Assembly: GCA_009602735.1 (NCBI GenBank)
Contig: WELA01001451.1
Coordinates: 24,080 to 80,353, forward strand
Direction: 5' to 3'
DNA length: 56,274 nt
Origin: Mesotaenium endlicherianum
Taxonomy: Eukaryota
Every line of letters begins with the position of its first letter. Position 1 is the stretch's first letter. Shown here piece after piece: positions 11,265-24,279 of the stretch. A program made the position numbers and the translations under genes. The notes beneath the pieces were generated by a model. It searched no databases. It was not told the DNA's origin and saw nothing but the letters and a program-made list of their open reading frames with translations.

Positions 11265-12926
11265 ATGGCTTCCTTGCAAACGGTTAGGTGTCATTATCTA
11301 ATCAACATACGAACACATATATCCGGAAACTGTCATTCCGCGAGGAGCTCGCAGGCCTCTGTTCTTCCTGCTATTCCTTCTTGTGGCTCTTTCTTTGGAA
11401 CCAGATTATCATCGAAGCCTCGCATTTGCATTGTCACATTCCGGCATGCTACAGCATGTCAACCGAGGGCTGAGACCATTCTCGTTGAGGATACCAGCAA
11501 TGGCGAGAAGGACAGCTTGCAAACGCTGTCCCACCCTAGTCTCGAACTAGAAAGGTCGGGAGTGAAGAGTAGTATTCAACGACGGAAAAAGGTGACAAGG
11601 AGAAAGTCAGGTGTGCTAGGAATCCGCAGAAAAAGGACGACGTATGTTGATGACGAGGTAGAGGGGGACAGAGCAGGGTCAAATGCTGCAGAAAATTCTG
11701 AAACAGGGGGTGTCGGTTCGGGAAAGAAGAGGTCACTCACCGACGAAGAAAAAAGAGCAGAATTTGAGAGGCTCAGGCGTCTCTCTATAACCCTAGGGAA
11801 CCTCAGGCTCTACGGCAAAGAGGAGGTCGACGAGGTCGTGCAGGCGCTGCAGGCGAGGTACGCCTGGATCACAATCGCCTCGGAGTCCGTGAGAACCGTC
11901 GAGTTCATGCTGGGGCTGGGGTTTAGGGTCCCGGAGGTGTACAAGATCTTCAGCAAGTTCTCGGGGCTGTACCAGCTGCGGCAGGGCGACAGCGGCACGG
12001 TGGAGGACATTGTGGAGAAGCTGGAGGTGTTTGACCAGTATGGCATGTCGGAGACCAGCTTCGTGAAGACGTGCTGCCACCACCCGCACCTGATCGGCGC
12101 GGGGAGTGCGCAGGTGGAGGAGGTGCTGCACTTCCTCAAGGAGGAGTGCCTCGTCCACAACTTCGACCGCGCGGTCAACCTCGCGCCCGCCGTCCTGCGC
12201 TTCAAGCCCGCCACGCTGCGTACGAAGCTGGAGCATATCAAGGCGCTCGGCATCCGGCGCGTCGACAAGGTCATGGCCGGGTGGCCGAACGTGCTCACCT
12301 ACGGGCTGCAGGAGCTGACGTCGAAGTTCGCGTGCCTGGGGAGCATCATCGGGCGGGACATCCTGATCGACGTGCTCGAGAGCTGCCCCTCGCTGCTGGC
12401 GGCGAACGAGGAGACGGTGCGCGACACGCACGACGAGCTCCTCTCGTCGTTCGGGCCGGAGCTCTTCCGCGTGCTCGTCACCAAGACGCCCAAGGTGATC
12501 GGCGTGAAGCGCGCGACGGTGCGCGAGACGTTCGGCAACCTGGCGGACCTCTTCGGGTACGACGGCGCGCTGCAGATGGTCACCGCGCAGCCGTCGCTCA
12601 TCACGCTGCAGTGGCGCACCATCCAGCCCAAGATCGACTTCGTCACGCGCCGCATGGGGCGTGGCCTTGGCGAGATCCAGGGCGACCCTGTGGTGCTCAT
12701 GCGCAGCCTGCGCAACCGTCTGGTGCCGCGCTACGTCGCGCTGCAGCGCATCGGCCGCGCCGACCTGCCCGTCAAGCAGATGTTCTGCCACTCCGACGAG
12801 ACGTTTGAGCGCCGCTACGACGTCGACCTCGACAAGGTCCGCGCAGACCTCGACGCCACCGACGACGACGACGATGCCACCTCCGCCGCCGTTGGCGACA
12901 GCAACGCCTATGCTGCCCCGTTCTGA
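11265..12926 (+). CDS. mTERF family protein (553 aa, intronless) with likely organellar transit peptide
   Basis: Uninterrupted ORF with a Ser/Arg-rich N-terminus. Repeated helical units (HPHLI, APAVL, WPNVLTY, CPSLL, TPKVI, QPSLI) and the C-terminal SLRNRLVPRY signature typical of plant mTERFs. Confidence 0.88.
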   Translation: MASLQTVRCHYLINIRTHISGNCHSARSSQASVLPAIPSCGSFFGTRLSSKPRICIVTFRHATACQPRAETILVEDTSNGEKDSLQTLSHPSLELERSGVKSSIQRRKKVTRRKSGVLGIRRKRTTYVDDEVEGDRAGSNAAENSETGGVGSGKKRSLTDEEKRAEFERLRRLSITLGNLRLYGKEEVDEVVQALQARYAWITIASESVRTVEFMLGLGFRVPEVYKIFSKFSGLYQLRQGDSGTVEDIVEKLEVFDQYGMSETSFVKTCCHHPHLIGAGSAQVEEVLHFLKEECLVHNFDRAVNLAPAVLRFKPATLRTKLEHIKALGIRRVDKVMAGWPNVLTYGLQELTSKFACLGSIIGRDILIDVLESCPSLLAANEETVRDTHDELLSSFGPELFRVLVTKTPKVIGVKRATVRETFGNLADLFGYDGALQMVTAQPSLITLQWRTIQPKIDFVTRRMGRGLGEIQGDPVVLMRSLRNRLVPRYVALQRIGRADLPVKQMFCHSDETFERRYDVDLDKVRADLDATDDDDDATSAAVGDSNAYAAPF

Positions 12927-12979
12927 GGTGCTTACTCTCTTCCCGCTATCGCCTTCCTCCCCCCTCCCACGCCCCCCCC

Positions 12980-13663
12980 NNNNNNNNNNNNNNNNNNNNN
13001 NNNNNNNNNNNNNNNNNNNNNNNNNNNNNNNNNNNNNNNNNNNNNNNNNNNNNNNNNNNNNNNNNNNNNNNNNNNNNNNNNNNNNNNNNNNNNNNNNNNN
13101 NNNNNNNNNNNNNNNNNNNNNNNNNNNNNNNNNNNNNNNNNNNNNNNNNNNNNNNNNNNNNNNNNNNNNNNNNNNNNNNNNNNNNNNNNNNNNNNNNNNN
13201 NNNNNNNNNNNNNNNNNNNNNNNNNNNNNNNNNNNNNNNNNNNNNNNNNNNNNNNNNNNNNNNNNNNNNNNNNNNNNNNNNNNNNNNNNNNNNNNNNNNN
13301 NNNNNNNNNNNNNNNNNNNNNNNNNNNNNNNNNNNNNNNNNNNNNNNNNNNNNNNNNNNNNNNNNNNNNNNNNNNNNNNNNNNNNNNNNNNNNNNNNNNN
13401 NNNNNNNNNNNNNNNNNNNNNNNNNNNNNNNNNNNNNNNNNNNNNNNNNNNNNNNNNNNNNNNNNNNNNNNNNNNNNNNNNNNNNNNNNNNNNNNNNNNN
13501 NNNNNNNNNNNNNNNNNNNNNNNNNNNNNNNNNNNNNNNNNNNNNNNNNNNNNNNNNNNNNNNNNNNNNNNNNNNNNNNNNNNNNNNNNNNNNNNNNNNN
13601 NNNNNNNNNNNNNNNNNNNNNNNNNNNNNNNNNNNNNNNNNNNNNNNNNNNNNNNNNNNNNNN
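12980..13663. other. Assembly gap
   Basis: N run. Other gaps: 14670-15175, 34401-34441, 51645-51955, 53949-53999, and single N at 30564, 41525 and 45144. Confidence 1.
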
Positions 13664-16600
13664 CCAACCCCGGTCCCCCCCCGGCCCCACTGCCGTGGTC
13701 GCACTTGCATGCTTGTCTTATGTTTTTCAACCTCGATCGCTTCATCCTTTCCCGTGCATCACCCGCTGTCGCTGCATTTCTTATTGTCTTGTTTCTCATT
13801 TCCCGCACACGTATCTTGTATCTTTCATATTCCACATGTCACCCGTGATTTGCACTCCGGCTCCGGCTCTGGCTCCAGCTCTGGCTCTGGCTTTGGCCAG
13901 GTTCAGAGCTCGCCATCGTGGGTAGCGGGGGCTGGGGGGGCTGGTGAAGTCTGCTTGTGGCAGAAAAGTTGATGGCCAGACAGATAGAAAGTGGGGAGAG
14001 CAGGCGAGGAAGCGAGGGGGAGGAAGCTGAGCCTTCCGCCAACGTCGTGTCTCGTGAAGTCGTGGCTGCCCGAGCAGCCCGGGCAGCCCCGACAGCTTGG
14101 GCAGCTTTGTCCTCGCCAAATCAAACGCCCCCCGTCGCCTTTCTCTCAAGCGTGCGACGTGGTCCTGCCCCTGGCTGTGCAGGCTCGAGGAGGGGGCAGC
14201 TCGGACTTGGCAGCAGCTCAGCAGCTGAGGAGCCTCTCTCTCTCTGAATGCAATGTGCCTGCTGGCTGGCTGGCTGGCTCAGCTGGCTAGCTCAGTTGCG
14301 GAGCAGCGCTGTCCATTAAGCAAAGGCATTCGCTTGCGTCCAGGTGCATAGTTGCGCAGCTTCACCGGCAGCAGGCAGGCAGGCAGGCAGGCAGGCTCTG
14401 TGAGTGTGCGTCTGCACATTGCTCAAGCTTTCCCGTGCTGCAGACAGGTTTCTGCGGGCCTGCACCCTTTGGTTTGATGGCCACGAAGAGAAGGGGGGGA
14501 GGGGGGGGATGAATTAAGGAGACGGCAAACGTTTCCCCAAAGTGGGGTTCCTGTGCAGCTAGAGGGGCACACTTTGCAGGGTTTGCGGTGTTCCCACATC
14601 TACTTTCTCCTCCCCCCCCCTTTTGGGCCCCTCCTGGTGACTGGGGGACGGGAAGGAGAATGAGAGGGGNNNNNNNNNNNNNNNNNNNNNNNNNNNNNNN
14701 NNNNNNNNNNNNNNNNNNNNNNNNNNNNNNNNNNNNNNNNNNNNNNNNNNNNNNNNNNNNNNNNNNNNNNNNNNNNNNNNNNNNNNNNNNNNNNNNNNNN
14801 NNNNNNNNNNNNNNNNNNNNNNNNNNNNNNNNNNNNNNNNNNNNNNNNNNNNNNNNNNNNNNNNNNNNNNNNNNNNNNNNNNNNNNNNNNNNNNNNNNNN
14901 NNNNNNNNNNNNNNNNNNNNNNNNNNNNNNNNNNNNNNNNNNNNNNNNNNNNNNNNNNNNNNNNNNNNNNNNNNNNNNNNNNNNNNNNNNNNNNNNNNNN
15001 NNNNNNNNNNNNNNNNNNNNNNNNNNNNNNNNNNNNNNNNNNNNNNNNNNNNNNNNNNNNNNNNNNNNNNNNNNNNNNNNNNNNNNNNNNNNNNNNNNNN
15101 NNNNNNNNNNNNNNNNNNNNNNNNNNNNNNNNNNNNNNNNNNNNNNNNNNNNNNNNNNNNNNNNNNNNNNNNNNNGGGGGAGAGGGGGGGTCGGTATATG
15201 TAGCAGTTAAGACGGAGAATCTTCACATCTCCAAATGCCGCGAGCTACGCAGTTTGGTCAAAGGCTCCCCACTCTGGCTGCTTCTTCTTCAACGGCGTCG
15301 AAAGGCAACGGGGGAAGTTTGAATCCGGAGACGCGAGGAGGGCCAACAGGTGGCGTGGTGAATGTATGTGGGGGCCAATGGCGCGCACCTGCCTTGTCTC
15401 CTGCGCTAGGAAATCCGCGGAGGCGCTGCATATCGTGTTCGGACAGAAGCGGACAGACGGGGTAGATGAGGCAGGTGCCGCTTGCTATATAGGCTGCTCT
15501 CTTGCGGTAGGCCAAGTGATTATTCTTGCTCAAGTCGAGTATGGTGCGCACCCTGTTGTTGATAACTGTTAGCTGTTAGCCGAGCTCAAGATTCTTGACC
15601 TCATGGAGGAACTCCGTGTTTCGATGACTAGTTATTGTACGGAGCGTTGGGAGGTCTTTTTATTCTTTGTCTTAAATGTTGTGTACAGCTGCTCTAGCCC
15701 AAGGACCTGGAATCGTGCGAGAGCACTATCTAACGATTCAACGATATGCTCATACAGGTCTTATCATGTTCAGGTCATTGTCGCATGTGCTCTCGGACAG
15801 TGCACTCGTGAAGGTTGACATGTGGAAGACATCACCTCTCCTCTAACATGCTTCTACCGTGCTCAAGTGTGTGAAAATTATGGTGTAAGCAAGTGGAGTT
15901 CCTCACCCTGTTTGCTGAGGGAGTGCTGTAGTGGGTAACAGTCTAGTCTGCCTTCCAAACTTCACGACCTCACTAAGTAGCCAAGCAGTCAAATTGCTGC
16001 TTCTTGTGTTTGACAAGGCTATATTTACAGTTATGGAGTGATTTTTGTGCAATCTCCGCGCTTGCATGTATACTGGTTGTGTGTCTATTGTTGATAGCCC
16101 GTTACTGGAGTTGACATTAGTATTTAACACAATTGTCTCAGTGAAGCCATGCTCCTTATTCATTTCTAAAGCGGGACCAATCCCTCCATGATCTTGATCA
16201 TGCTTGCAGATGCATAGAAAACCAGTCTAGGCGCATTTCACAAGCCCTATTGTTGATAGCCCGATACTGGTCTCATCTTTTCTATGCAAGATGCTGGTTC
16301 TGGACGGGCAAACGCACTGTCCACAAAAAGTACTGACGTAATATAGTCAGGAAAGTGCCACAACCACCACACGAAGTATGACACAATCGCAAACACTGAA
16401 CATAGTCATTTAAAGGCACATGCCACCCCAGAGAATTCAATGTCGCAAGGCATGAGCGCGGAGAATAAGCTGCACAATTCAATTTTTAGTCAACTTGCAC
16501 AAGTTGAAGTCCTAGGAACATAATACCAGGCAACAGTTATGACAGACAAGCTACCACATATGTAGTGCTGGGCTTCATTAGTGCCACAACGACGCCATAC

Positions 16601-16772
16601 TGTACAGTTACGCTGTCCTATTAATACCTACCACTGTATTGTACATTACACAGAGGTCTAGACTGCAGCCTTCATCGGCTCTTCCGAGCTCAGCACTACC
16701 ACGGTGCCCAACTTGAGAGAGCTTGTTCATACAACACTAAAGGGGCAACCTAGAGTCAGCCTGCAAGATTCT

Positions 16773-18375
16773 CTACGCAGAACTTTCCACTTGAGCTGCT
16801 GCAGATGCCCTCTTGGCAGTGATGTCCTTGATGGCGGCCTTGATGGCATCCTCCGCCAGCATACTGCAGTGAAGCTTTACGGGAGGCAGGGACAGGTGCT
16901 TTGCAATCTCACTGTGCACCAACAGGAAAAAAATGTGTAAGAATTGAACCGAAGTATAGAGCACGTAGTAAACAATAAGGGCATGTAACAGCACAGAGAT
17001 TGCGCGCATCCACATGCTTCTAAATAAGAAGGGTAACGCCATTACGAGTAACAAAGGTAACCAAACAATCAGGCTTGACATTACAGCCCCTGAGCGCACA
17101 CACACAAGCACACACAGTTTTGCAATCACCACTTGTGAAGCTTCAAATGATCAGGAGCTGCCTATGACCAAGAAATATAAACAACCAGAGCAAATGACAA
17201 CCAAAATCCTCCAATATTGCAAACGTATTGCGTTTCGATGTCTTGCAATATTAGAAAGTACAAAGCATGTAAGAAACTGTACAAATCAATTTTTAGCTAG
17301 AGAGACAAGCGTACTTCACCGGCAAGCTTTAAAACTACTTGTCACAATATAAAACAATCACAAGGACTTCATACCGAGGAAGCAAGGTGCAACTTTGTAC
17401 GAGGACCTGGACTTACCTATTTTTTATAGTCGCAGCTTCTGTCAAAGCCTTACCCTTGATCCACTCAGTAGCTGCAAGGACACAAATAAGAGTCCAAACA
17501 AAACATCCCAATTAGGTCTTCATGCCAGACAGAGGACCACAGATAGCCAACCACTATCTACAAACATTGGTACCTCATTACTATAACATGAGAAATATGC
17601 AACATGCACCCGACGAGACAGGCCCTTAAGAATTATTGACCGTTAAGATGATGTGTATTTGCTTATTCTCATTATCCCAATCCTGCCTGAAGCAGATATT
17701 ACCCCCGTCAACAATATAATATTCTGAAGTAACCTGACTAAGCTTCACTCTTCACCACACCACACGATAAACAGGTTCTTTTCTACGACTACGACCTAAT
17801 CATCTCGCATATGGAGCAACATGTGATGGACATAACCACCAGCCCATTCCCTCCCCCCCCACCCCTTCTCAACCTCAATGAGATCGACGCCATGAGAAAC
17901 CGGCTGAATAACCACTAGGGCCTTAGTAACCCCCAAAAGAAGTATGCTCACTGATGAAAAAAAGGGGTGCTTATTTCTTGCGTGTAAGTTGGAATTCTGG
18001 TGTAATCTGTCTAGGAGTTATTATTGTTACTCAACATGAAAGTAACATAAGAAGCCAAGACCGTATGACCATACCTACAGACGAAGACGCGATTGCGGAT
18101 CCACAACCAAAAGTCTTGAAGCACGAGTCAATAATAGTGCCATCCTCGGCAACTCTAATCTGCAGCTTCATAACATCACCGCATGCTGGAGCACCAACCA
18201 GCCCTGTGCCAACGTTTGGATCCTTCTTATCAAACGAACCCACGTTCCTAGGGTTATCATAGTGATCCACCACGTTCTTATGGTAGCCCCTTCCCGTCAA
18301 GGCACCGATACTGATGTGCTTTTCTCCTATCACCCCTCCCTTAGATAACAGGGAAGCGACCTGTGAGCGCAACAT
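16773..18375 (-). CDS. ISU1: Mitochondrial Fe-S cluster scaffold IscU/ISU. Exons: 18375-18075, 17471-17417, 16911-16773
   Basis: YHKNVVDHYDNPRNVGS, GAPACGDVMKLQI, FKTFGCGSAIASSS, ATEWIKGK (55-nt exon found manually) and LPPVKLHCSMLAEDAIKAA. GT-AG phases are consistent. Confidence 0.96.
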
Positions 18376-19526
18376 CTCGCTCAACTGTCTCCGGGAAAAA
18401 GGTAGTCGACGGTCCAACAGCTATGGCCACAAAGTAGGCTTCACAACCAAATACAATTCACAGATGTAGGAAGGTGGAGTGCGCATGCAAGATGTATGCA
18501 AGGGAGACTAAATTTAGCAGCGTGTTGTTCAGCTTTAGCCTATATGAACCAATATGAACCCCTTTCGAACCAGAACACGACGAGGCTCCGATCGAGTTAC
18601 GACGCCTGCGCGAACGGTTCGCGCGTGAACGTTATCGACGTTTAATTTCGTCTAGACAATATAAAAGTGTACAATCTCTGGCCGTACACAACAACGACTT
18701 ATTACGCAAGCGACAGACAAGCTCGTACCAGAGTAGTCCGTGAATTCTGACTAGTCTGGATTAGACTACGAGCCTGCTACGAGCACCAAACGAGCACGAC
18801 CTCCACTGCCAAGTCGACACCACCGTCGATGACTCACTAGCTCACACCTTGCTTGTGCTTGCCTAATAAGCATGGCGAAGCACCGCTTGGCACTCGTCCC
18901 TTTGGTGGACAACCATTGCTTGATTCTCTGCAGGATGCTCTACTAGCTCTGCTCTCCTGCTGCTCTTCTAGCAGCTCGAGCGACGATTGGAGCTACAGCA
19001 TGATCAGTATACCAATGGTAAAACATCATCATTGAAGGCCTAGCCCTTGAACGAGTCCATTCATTTTTTTTGACAATCGAATGGTTGCAGTCAAACAGGT
19101 CGTGACTGTCCAGCTTCTTCTAGTCTGTTGTCTGTTTAGTCCATCCCTGAGTGGGTTTGGAGACTGGAGATGATTATGTATTGTTTGAGGCCCTCTGCAT
19201 GAAAAGGGAGATTAGTAGGCCAGGTATCTGAGCCAGGTCAAGACCAGTGAGGACAAGCTTCGGAATAGCTTCAGAAGGCTTTGTAGTCAGTAGACCTGCA
19301 TGCGTACTTTGATTCAAACCGAATATATATGAATCTGGCGCATGGTGGAATGGTTCGGAAAAAATGGCTGCGTCAACCTTTCTTGAGCTCATTACATCAA
19401 GGAAAGTCATATGTGGGTGCAAGCATACTCCTTTTTCTCGGTACGTGAGAGGGACAACTGCTGAAAACGATATACACACAAATAGTGGGATATATCAGTT
19501 GGTCACCGCTAAACAATCGTTGAAGG

Positions 19527-22500
19527 ATGTCAAATTATAAGCAATGTCCCTTACTCACGTCTACGAGGAGCATACGATATGCTTTAGCACATCCTGTAAA
19601 TACGATCGCCAGTACAGTTGACAATGCCTACTGTCACGGCCTCCAGTTGGCAGACGACCTTCTAGGCATCGCCTTCTCATCATTAGACAGATGGAAGAGG
19701 CTGCAGGTGGAGAAGGAGCTGAGAACTTCTCTGGAAGCTGTAGAGTTTCTACATCGGCAGGAGGGATTTCGTTATAGAGCTTCTCAGAACGCTCTGGTGA
19801 CTGCTGCTTACATGGACCTGGCTTGCTTGCTCAACCATCTACACTTTGAATCATGCAGGCCTAACCATCATGGTACAGTCTGTAGGCAAGGGACTCCAGT
19901 TGTTACAGGGGACCTGCAGCAGTTTGGCCGAACGAATGTGTGCCTGCCCTTTAGCATCATGCAGACAATGAGCAGGTTCACATCCCTCCTGGGTCTCTCG
20001 CAGCTATGGCTGCAGGTCGCCTTCTGCATTGAGCGTAAGCTTCTCAAGCTGCTAGCAGCTGCAAGCATCTGGAAGGTGCTCTCCCTCGGCCTGGGAGGGC
20101 ACCCCCTGTGGCAACTTCGAGATTCGAAACAGTTGGAGAACATCTTGAAGGACTGCAACTTTTATAGCCAGAGGGTCCCCAGGTCACTTGGCGGGACAGC
20201 TGTAGCTCTCCCAGCGAGCCTCAGAGCACGTGGTGGCCGACAAGGCCCAGCCTGGGGCTTGTATGTGCACAGGGAGGGTGGCCATGGGCAAGCTGATGGG
20301 GGCTCTTGGAGCAAGCTGAAGCTCCTCGAGCAAGGCAGCGAGGGTGCCAATAAGGGAGCCAGAGCGGGAGCCAGTAAGGGAGCCAGTGAGGGAGTCTCTT
20401 GGGGAGCCAGTAAGGGAGCGAGTGTAGGAACCACTAATGGAGCTGGTAAGGGTACCAGTAAGGGAGCCACAGGTCCTGCATCACCTGATCTGGTGTGTTA
20501 CAGAGGGCAATCTGACAATGATGCCCTCAGTGCCCAGGCTCCTCCAGCTACAGGCACCTGTCACCCGTCCCATGCAATGACCCTACTCAGCCACATGGAC
20601 TCTGCTGCCAGGTCTTCGCCAAATCCTAGCATCAGGGTCGGCACGGCACAGAAGCTCGCGCGCCTCGTCTGCCAGCGCGCGCGCCTGCCCTTTGAGTTCT
20701 ATCAAGACAGCAATTTTGCGCCCTATAGAGATCTGCAGAACCTCCTCGCAGCCAGGCACAAGGCAGAAGCCGCCGGGGCTGACCAATGGGGGGAGCCGGG
20801 CCTGCCCTTGAGGAGCAGCGGGGAAGAGATTGGAGGTGCTAGGGGGGGGAGCGTGATCTTCATCCATGGCATCGGATCTTCATCGTGCTTTTGGAGGGAT
20901 TCCATCTTCAAGGCGCTCTCAGACGAACTCTTCACCACCCACAGGATCTTTGCCCCAGACCTGCTGGGCCTGGGCCACAGTCCCAAGCCCGGCCTCGATG
21001 TAATTTGCTGCTCTTCCCACCTGGTCCTTTTCCCACCTGGTCTTCTTCCCAGGCACCAAAAAATACTTTGGAAGGCGGTCGGTTGCACGTGTGTCTGCCT
21101 GCGGATGCATGGCGGCAGGCGCTATGGGTCTGCCTGCGTGTGCTTGCACCTCTGTGTCTGTCTGTCTTCATTTGTGCCTGTGCCCTTGTGAGAGAGTGCG
21201 TCTCTCTTTCTTCCCTCGCAAAACTCGTTTCCCTCCTGTTCCTGGCCCTCACCTCATACTTCCAGTCATACTCCCAGTTTCTGTCTTATCGAGTGGCACG
21301 CCTAAACAATGGCACGTCTAAGAGTGGCACGCCTTATCAGCGGCACGCCTAAGAGTGGCACGCTTAATCATGGCTTCTTATGAGGATGACGGCGATGCTC
21401 AGTTTCTGCCAGTGGTCTGATCGCGAGGGCTGCAAGAAAGGAGCATACTTCACTTCAGTTTGGGAGAAAAGTACCGACATGCCCTCTCCTTCCTCTGGAC
21501 GTGGCAGGAGTGTGCATACACAGTGGAGGACCAAGCAGCTGCCATCAGGCGCTCTGTGATCGATGCACATCAGCTGCCCTCCTACCACCTTGTTGGCCAC
21601 TCCATGGGCTGCCTGGTGGCGCTCTCGCTGGCTGCCCAAGCGCCTGCAGCGGTGGACTCCATCACTCTGCTGTCTCCCACAAACTGGCAGGTGCGCAAGC
21701 TGCCCTCTGGTGTCTGCCAGCTCCGCACACACATGGCGCGGACCGCGCACGTGCGCGTGTGTCTGCGTGCGTGTGTGCGCGCACGTGCATGTGTCTCTTT
21801 TCCTCTCAAACCCGCCGCGACCTTTGTCCCCCCCCTAATGCACGCGCTGCAGGTGCGGCTGATCCGCGGGCTGCCCAGCTCCAGCTCGTGCTCGTGCTCG
21901 TGCCGACAGCTTCACTCATTTGAGCGCTCTCTTTCATGATCTGGTAGTTGACGCGGCTATGGCCCACCCGGTCCCTGACTAGGGTGAGGGTACCTGCTGC
22001 GGAGGCTTCGACTTGGTGCGCTAAATTACCGTGCTGTGCTTTGCTGTGCTGTTTGGCTGCGCTTCATCCATGTGGCAGCTGGGCAGCAAGGCTCTGCTCA
22101 CGCCGCACAACCCCCAGAGGCTCTCCCGGTGCTCCCTGCAGACGCTCATGCTGCCGCCATCTGGCAACCTGAGGCACTTGAACCGGCTGCTGAGCAACCT
22201 GGCGATCCCTACGCTCACCAAGATGGTGGCCCGGGCTGTCATGCCCGCCAGGTACTTCATGCACTCGCCGTCACTTACCGGCTCCTTTTCGTTCCTTACC
22301 GGGACTTCCGTCACTTTCTGGCAGGCTCTTTCAAGCACTGTTGCGTTCTTGCTGGCACTTATGTACGTCTTCATGCACGCACGCGCACAAGCACTCGGTT
22401 GCACTTCCAGGCACTCTCAGGCACTTGCATGTGCTTGCATGCACTCTCGCACTCGCCTCTCCCCGCAACTCTTCGGACCTCTCGGGCGCTTGCTGGGTAC

Positions 22501-23617
22501 TTTCAGGCGCTCTTGGGCACTGTCGTACGCAGCAGTGGAGTTCAATTTGCAAGTAGACGGGGCGCAATGGTTGGCATGCAGCGCAGTGAGACTTTTTGTT
22601 TCCAGTAGAAGCACCTTGCCCCTCCTCCTCCTGTCTATAAGCCCCCACCAACCAGCCGGACACACGACTCCGTGCCTTCATGGCCATAAGGCTCGGTCAC
22701 TGCGTAGCTGTGAGAATAATAACCTGCGTGAGAGCATCTGAGCTGCCCGTGTGCTCTTCCGCATGTTTCCCTTTGCAATTGTGCCAGCTGTTATCCGTTG
22801 CACCTGGAGCGCCTGTTGAGAGCACTGCCTCTCCCCCCTTTCTCTCTCCCTCTCTCGCTTGCTCTTCCTCTGCTGCCTAGCAACTCTGTTCCTGCCCAGA
22901 GCATCTCCCTGGGCGGTCCTCTTCTGACTAGCATGGGACTAGCATGCCTGTGTCTTCACCACGCAGGAGCCACAAGATTCTTTTTATTCCGTCAGAAACC
23001 GAACAAGCATGCGGCAAATATGAAGAAGGCCAATGTTCTGTGCCTTTGGGCAAGGGGGGGGGGACTGGAAGGATAATATTTGTTAAAAGATGTGTTCTTA
23101 TCTGCTGTTTTGGTATATCGAAATGTGATAAACACGTCATTTGCAATTGTCGTTGAGATAGTATGCGGTACGTGATTGTATTGATTCACGCCTATCAGAA
23201 GAGGAAGAGGAAGAGGAAGAGGAAGAGGGAGAGGAAGAGGAAGAGGGAGACGAAGAGGAAGAAGGAGAGGAAAAGGAAGGAGGAGGAGCAGGAGATTGAG
23301 AAGCACATCAACAGGAGGGTAGGAAGCATGTCTCCGGTTCTCTATGTGTTAGATGTCACGCGCAAAGCTGGATGGACCAGCCAGCACACTGACCTCGCAG
23401 CACTGACACCTCCCAACGCTGACACTGCAGGTACCCGACGGCGATGCTGGACGACATGATCGACTCGCAGCTGCACTGCCGCCCCCTGTGGCCCACCTGG
23501 CGCGAGGTGCTGACTCGGCACCGCGTCGACCCCGACATGGCAGTGCTGGAGAGGGCCGGCAAGCGCGTGCGCGTCATCCACGGCATGGACGACGCCCTCT
23601 GCCCCTTCCAGTGCAGG

Positions 23618-23666
<49 letters not shown>

Positions 23667-24279
23667 TGAAGTACGCCCTGCGCCCTGCACATACCCCTGC
23701 TGATGCGCAGCATAGTCCTGGCATTGTCCTGGCTATTTTGCACGTACGCTAGGCTGCACCTATGCGAACTCTCGACTCCACGCCTTGTATTTGCAGCAGG
23801 TGTGCGTCCTTGACCTGGTTTGACGACATCTCATCTCTCAAGCTAAGCCTTATGAGCCTGTTATCAGAATGGAGTGCATTTGATGTGCAGCACTCGCATA
23901 GAATTTGCACTCATTTTCGGATGCAGCATTCTTGCGGCTGATGTCCACCCTGCAATAATTGCAAGCAAGCCCCCGAGTTTTTTCTTATGTTTTGCGCAGC
24001 ATGGACCTGGCCGATCGCTTCTCTGTGGTGTCCTTGCTGGGTGTTCCTGCTGGCTCACACGAGCTCGTCGTTGGCCGAGAGGCTGCCATAGCCAAGGAGA
24101 TCGAGAAGGAAATACATAGTGGATGCTCCCTTGCTCCATATAAGGACGACTGTAAGCTCTGCGAGCGTGACAGGTGGCTGGGTCAGTGCAGCCCCATGAA
24201 GGGCTTCGACAGCCCTGAGCTGCCTGTGAGCTCCCCGACGTGTTCACACGTGCACCAGCATGCTTATAGAATGTTGTGA
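19527..24279 (+). CDS. BODYGUARD-like alpha/beta hydrolase. Exons: (19527 or a later ATG near 19959)-20999, 21508-21690, 22079-22251, 23431-23616, 24000-24279
   Basis: VIFIHGIGSSSCFW, APDLLGLGHSPKP, nucleophile HLVGHSMG, VIHGMDDALCPFQCS and catalytic His in GSHELVVGRE. Motif order matches plant BDG lysophospholipase-like proteins. Start codon is uncertain. Confidence 0.8.
21290..21372. repeat. ~15-bp minisatellite (AGAGTGGCACGCCTA-like, about 5 copies) in hydrolase intron
   Basis: The GGCACG core recurs at about 15-bp spacing. Confidence 0.8.
23197..23290. repeat. (GAAGAG)n purine tract
   Basis: Direct reading. Confidence 0.9.

Noticed and set aside
12980..15175. ORFs spanning N runs
   Set aside because: Artefacts of translating assembly gaps, which mostly sit at poly-G/C tracts.
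13664..15600. Possible extra gene between the two large gaps
   Set aside because: Only short ORFs with no recognisable homology, and the gaps prevent a model.
21290..21372. Regularly spaced repeat resembling a CRISPR array
   Set aside because: Head-to-tail units of about 15 bp without unique spacers, inside a eukaryotic intron, with no cas genes.
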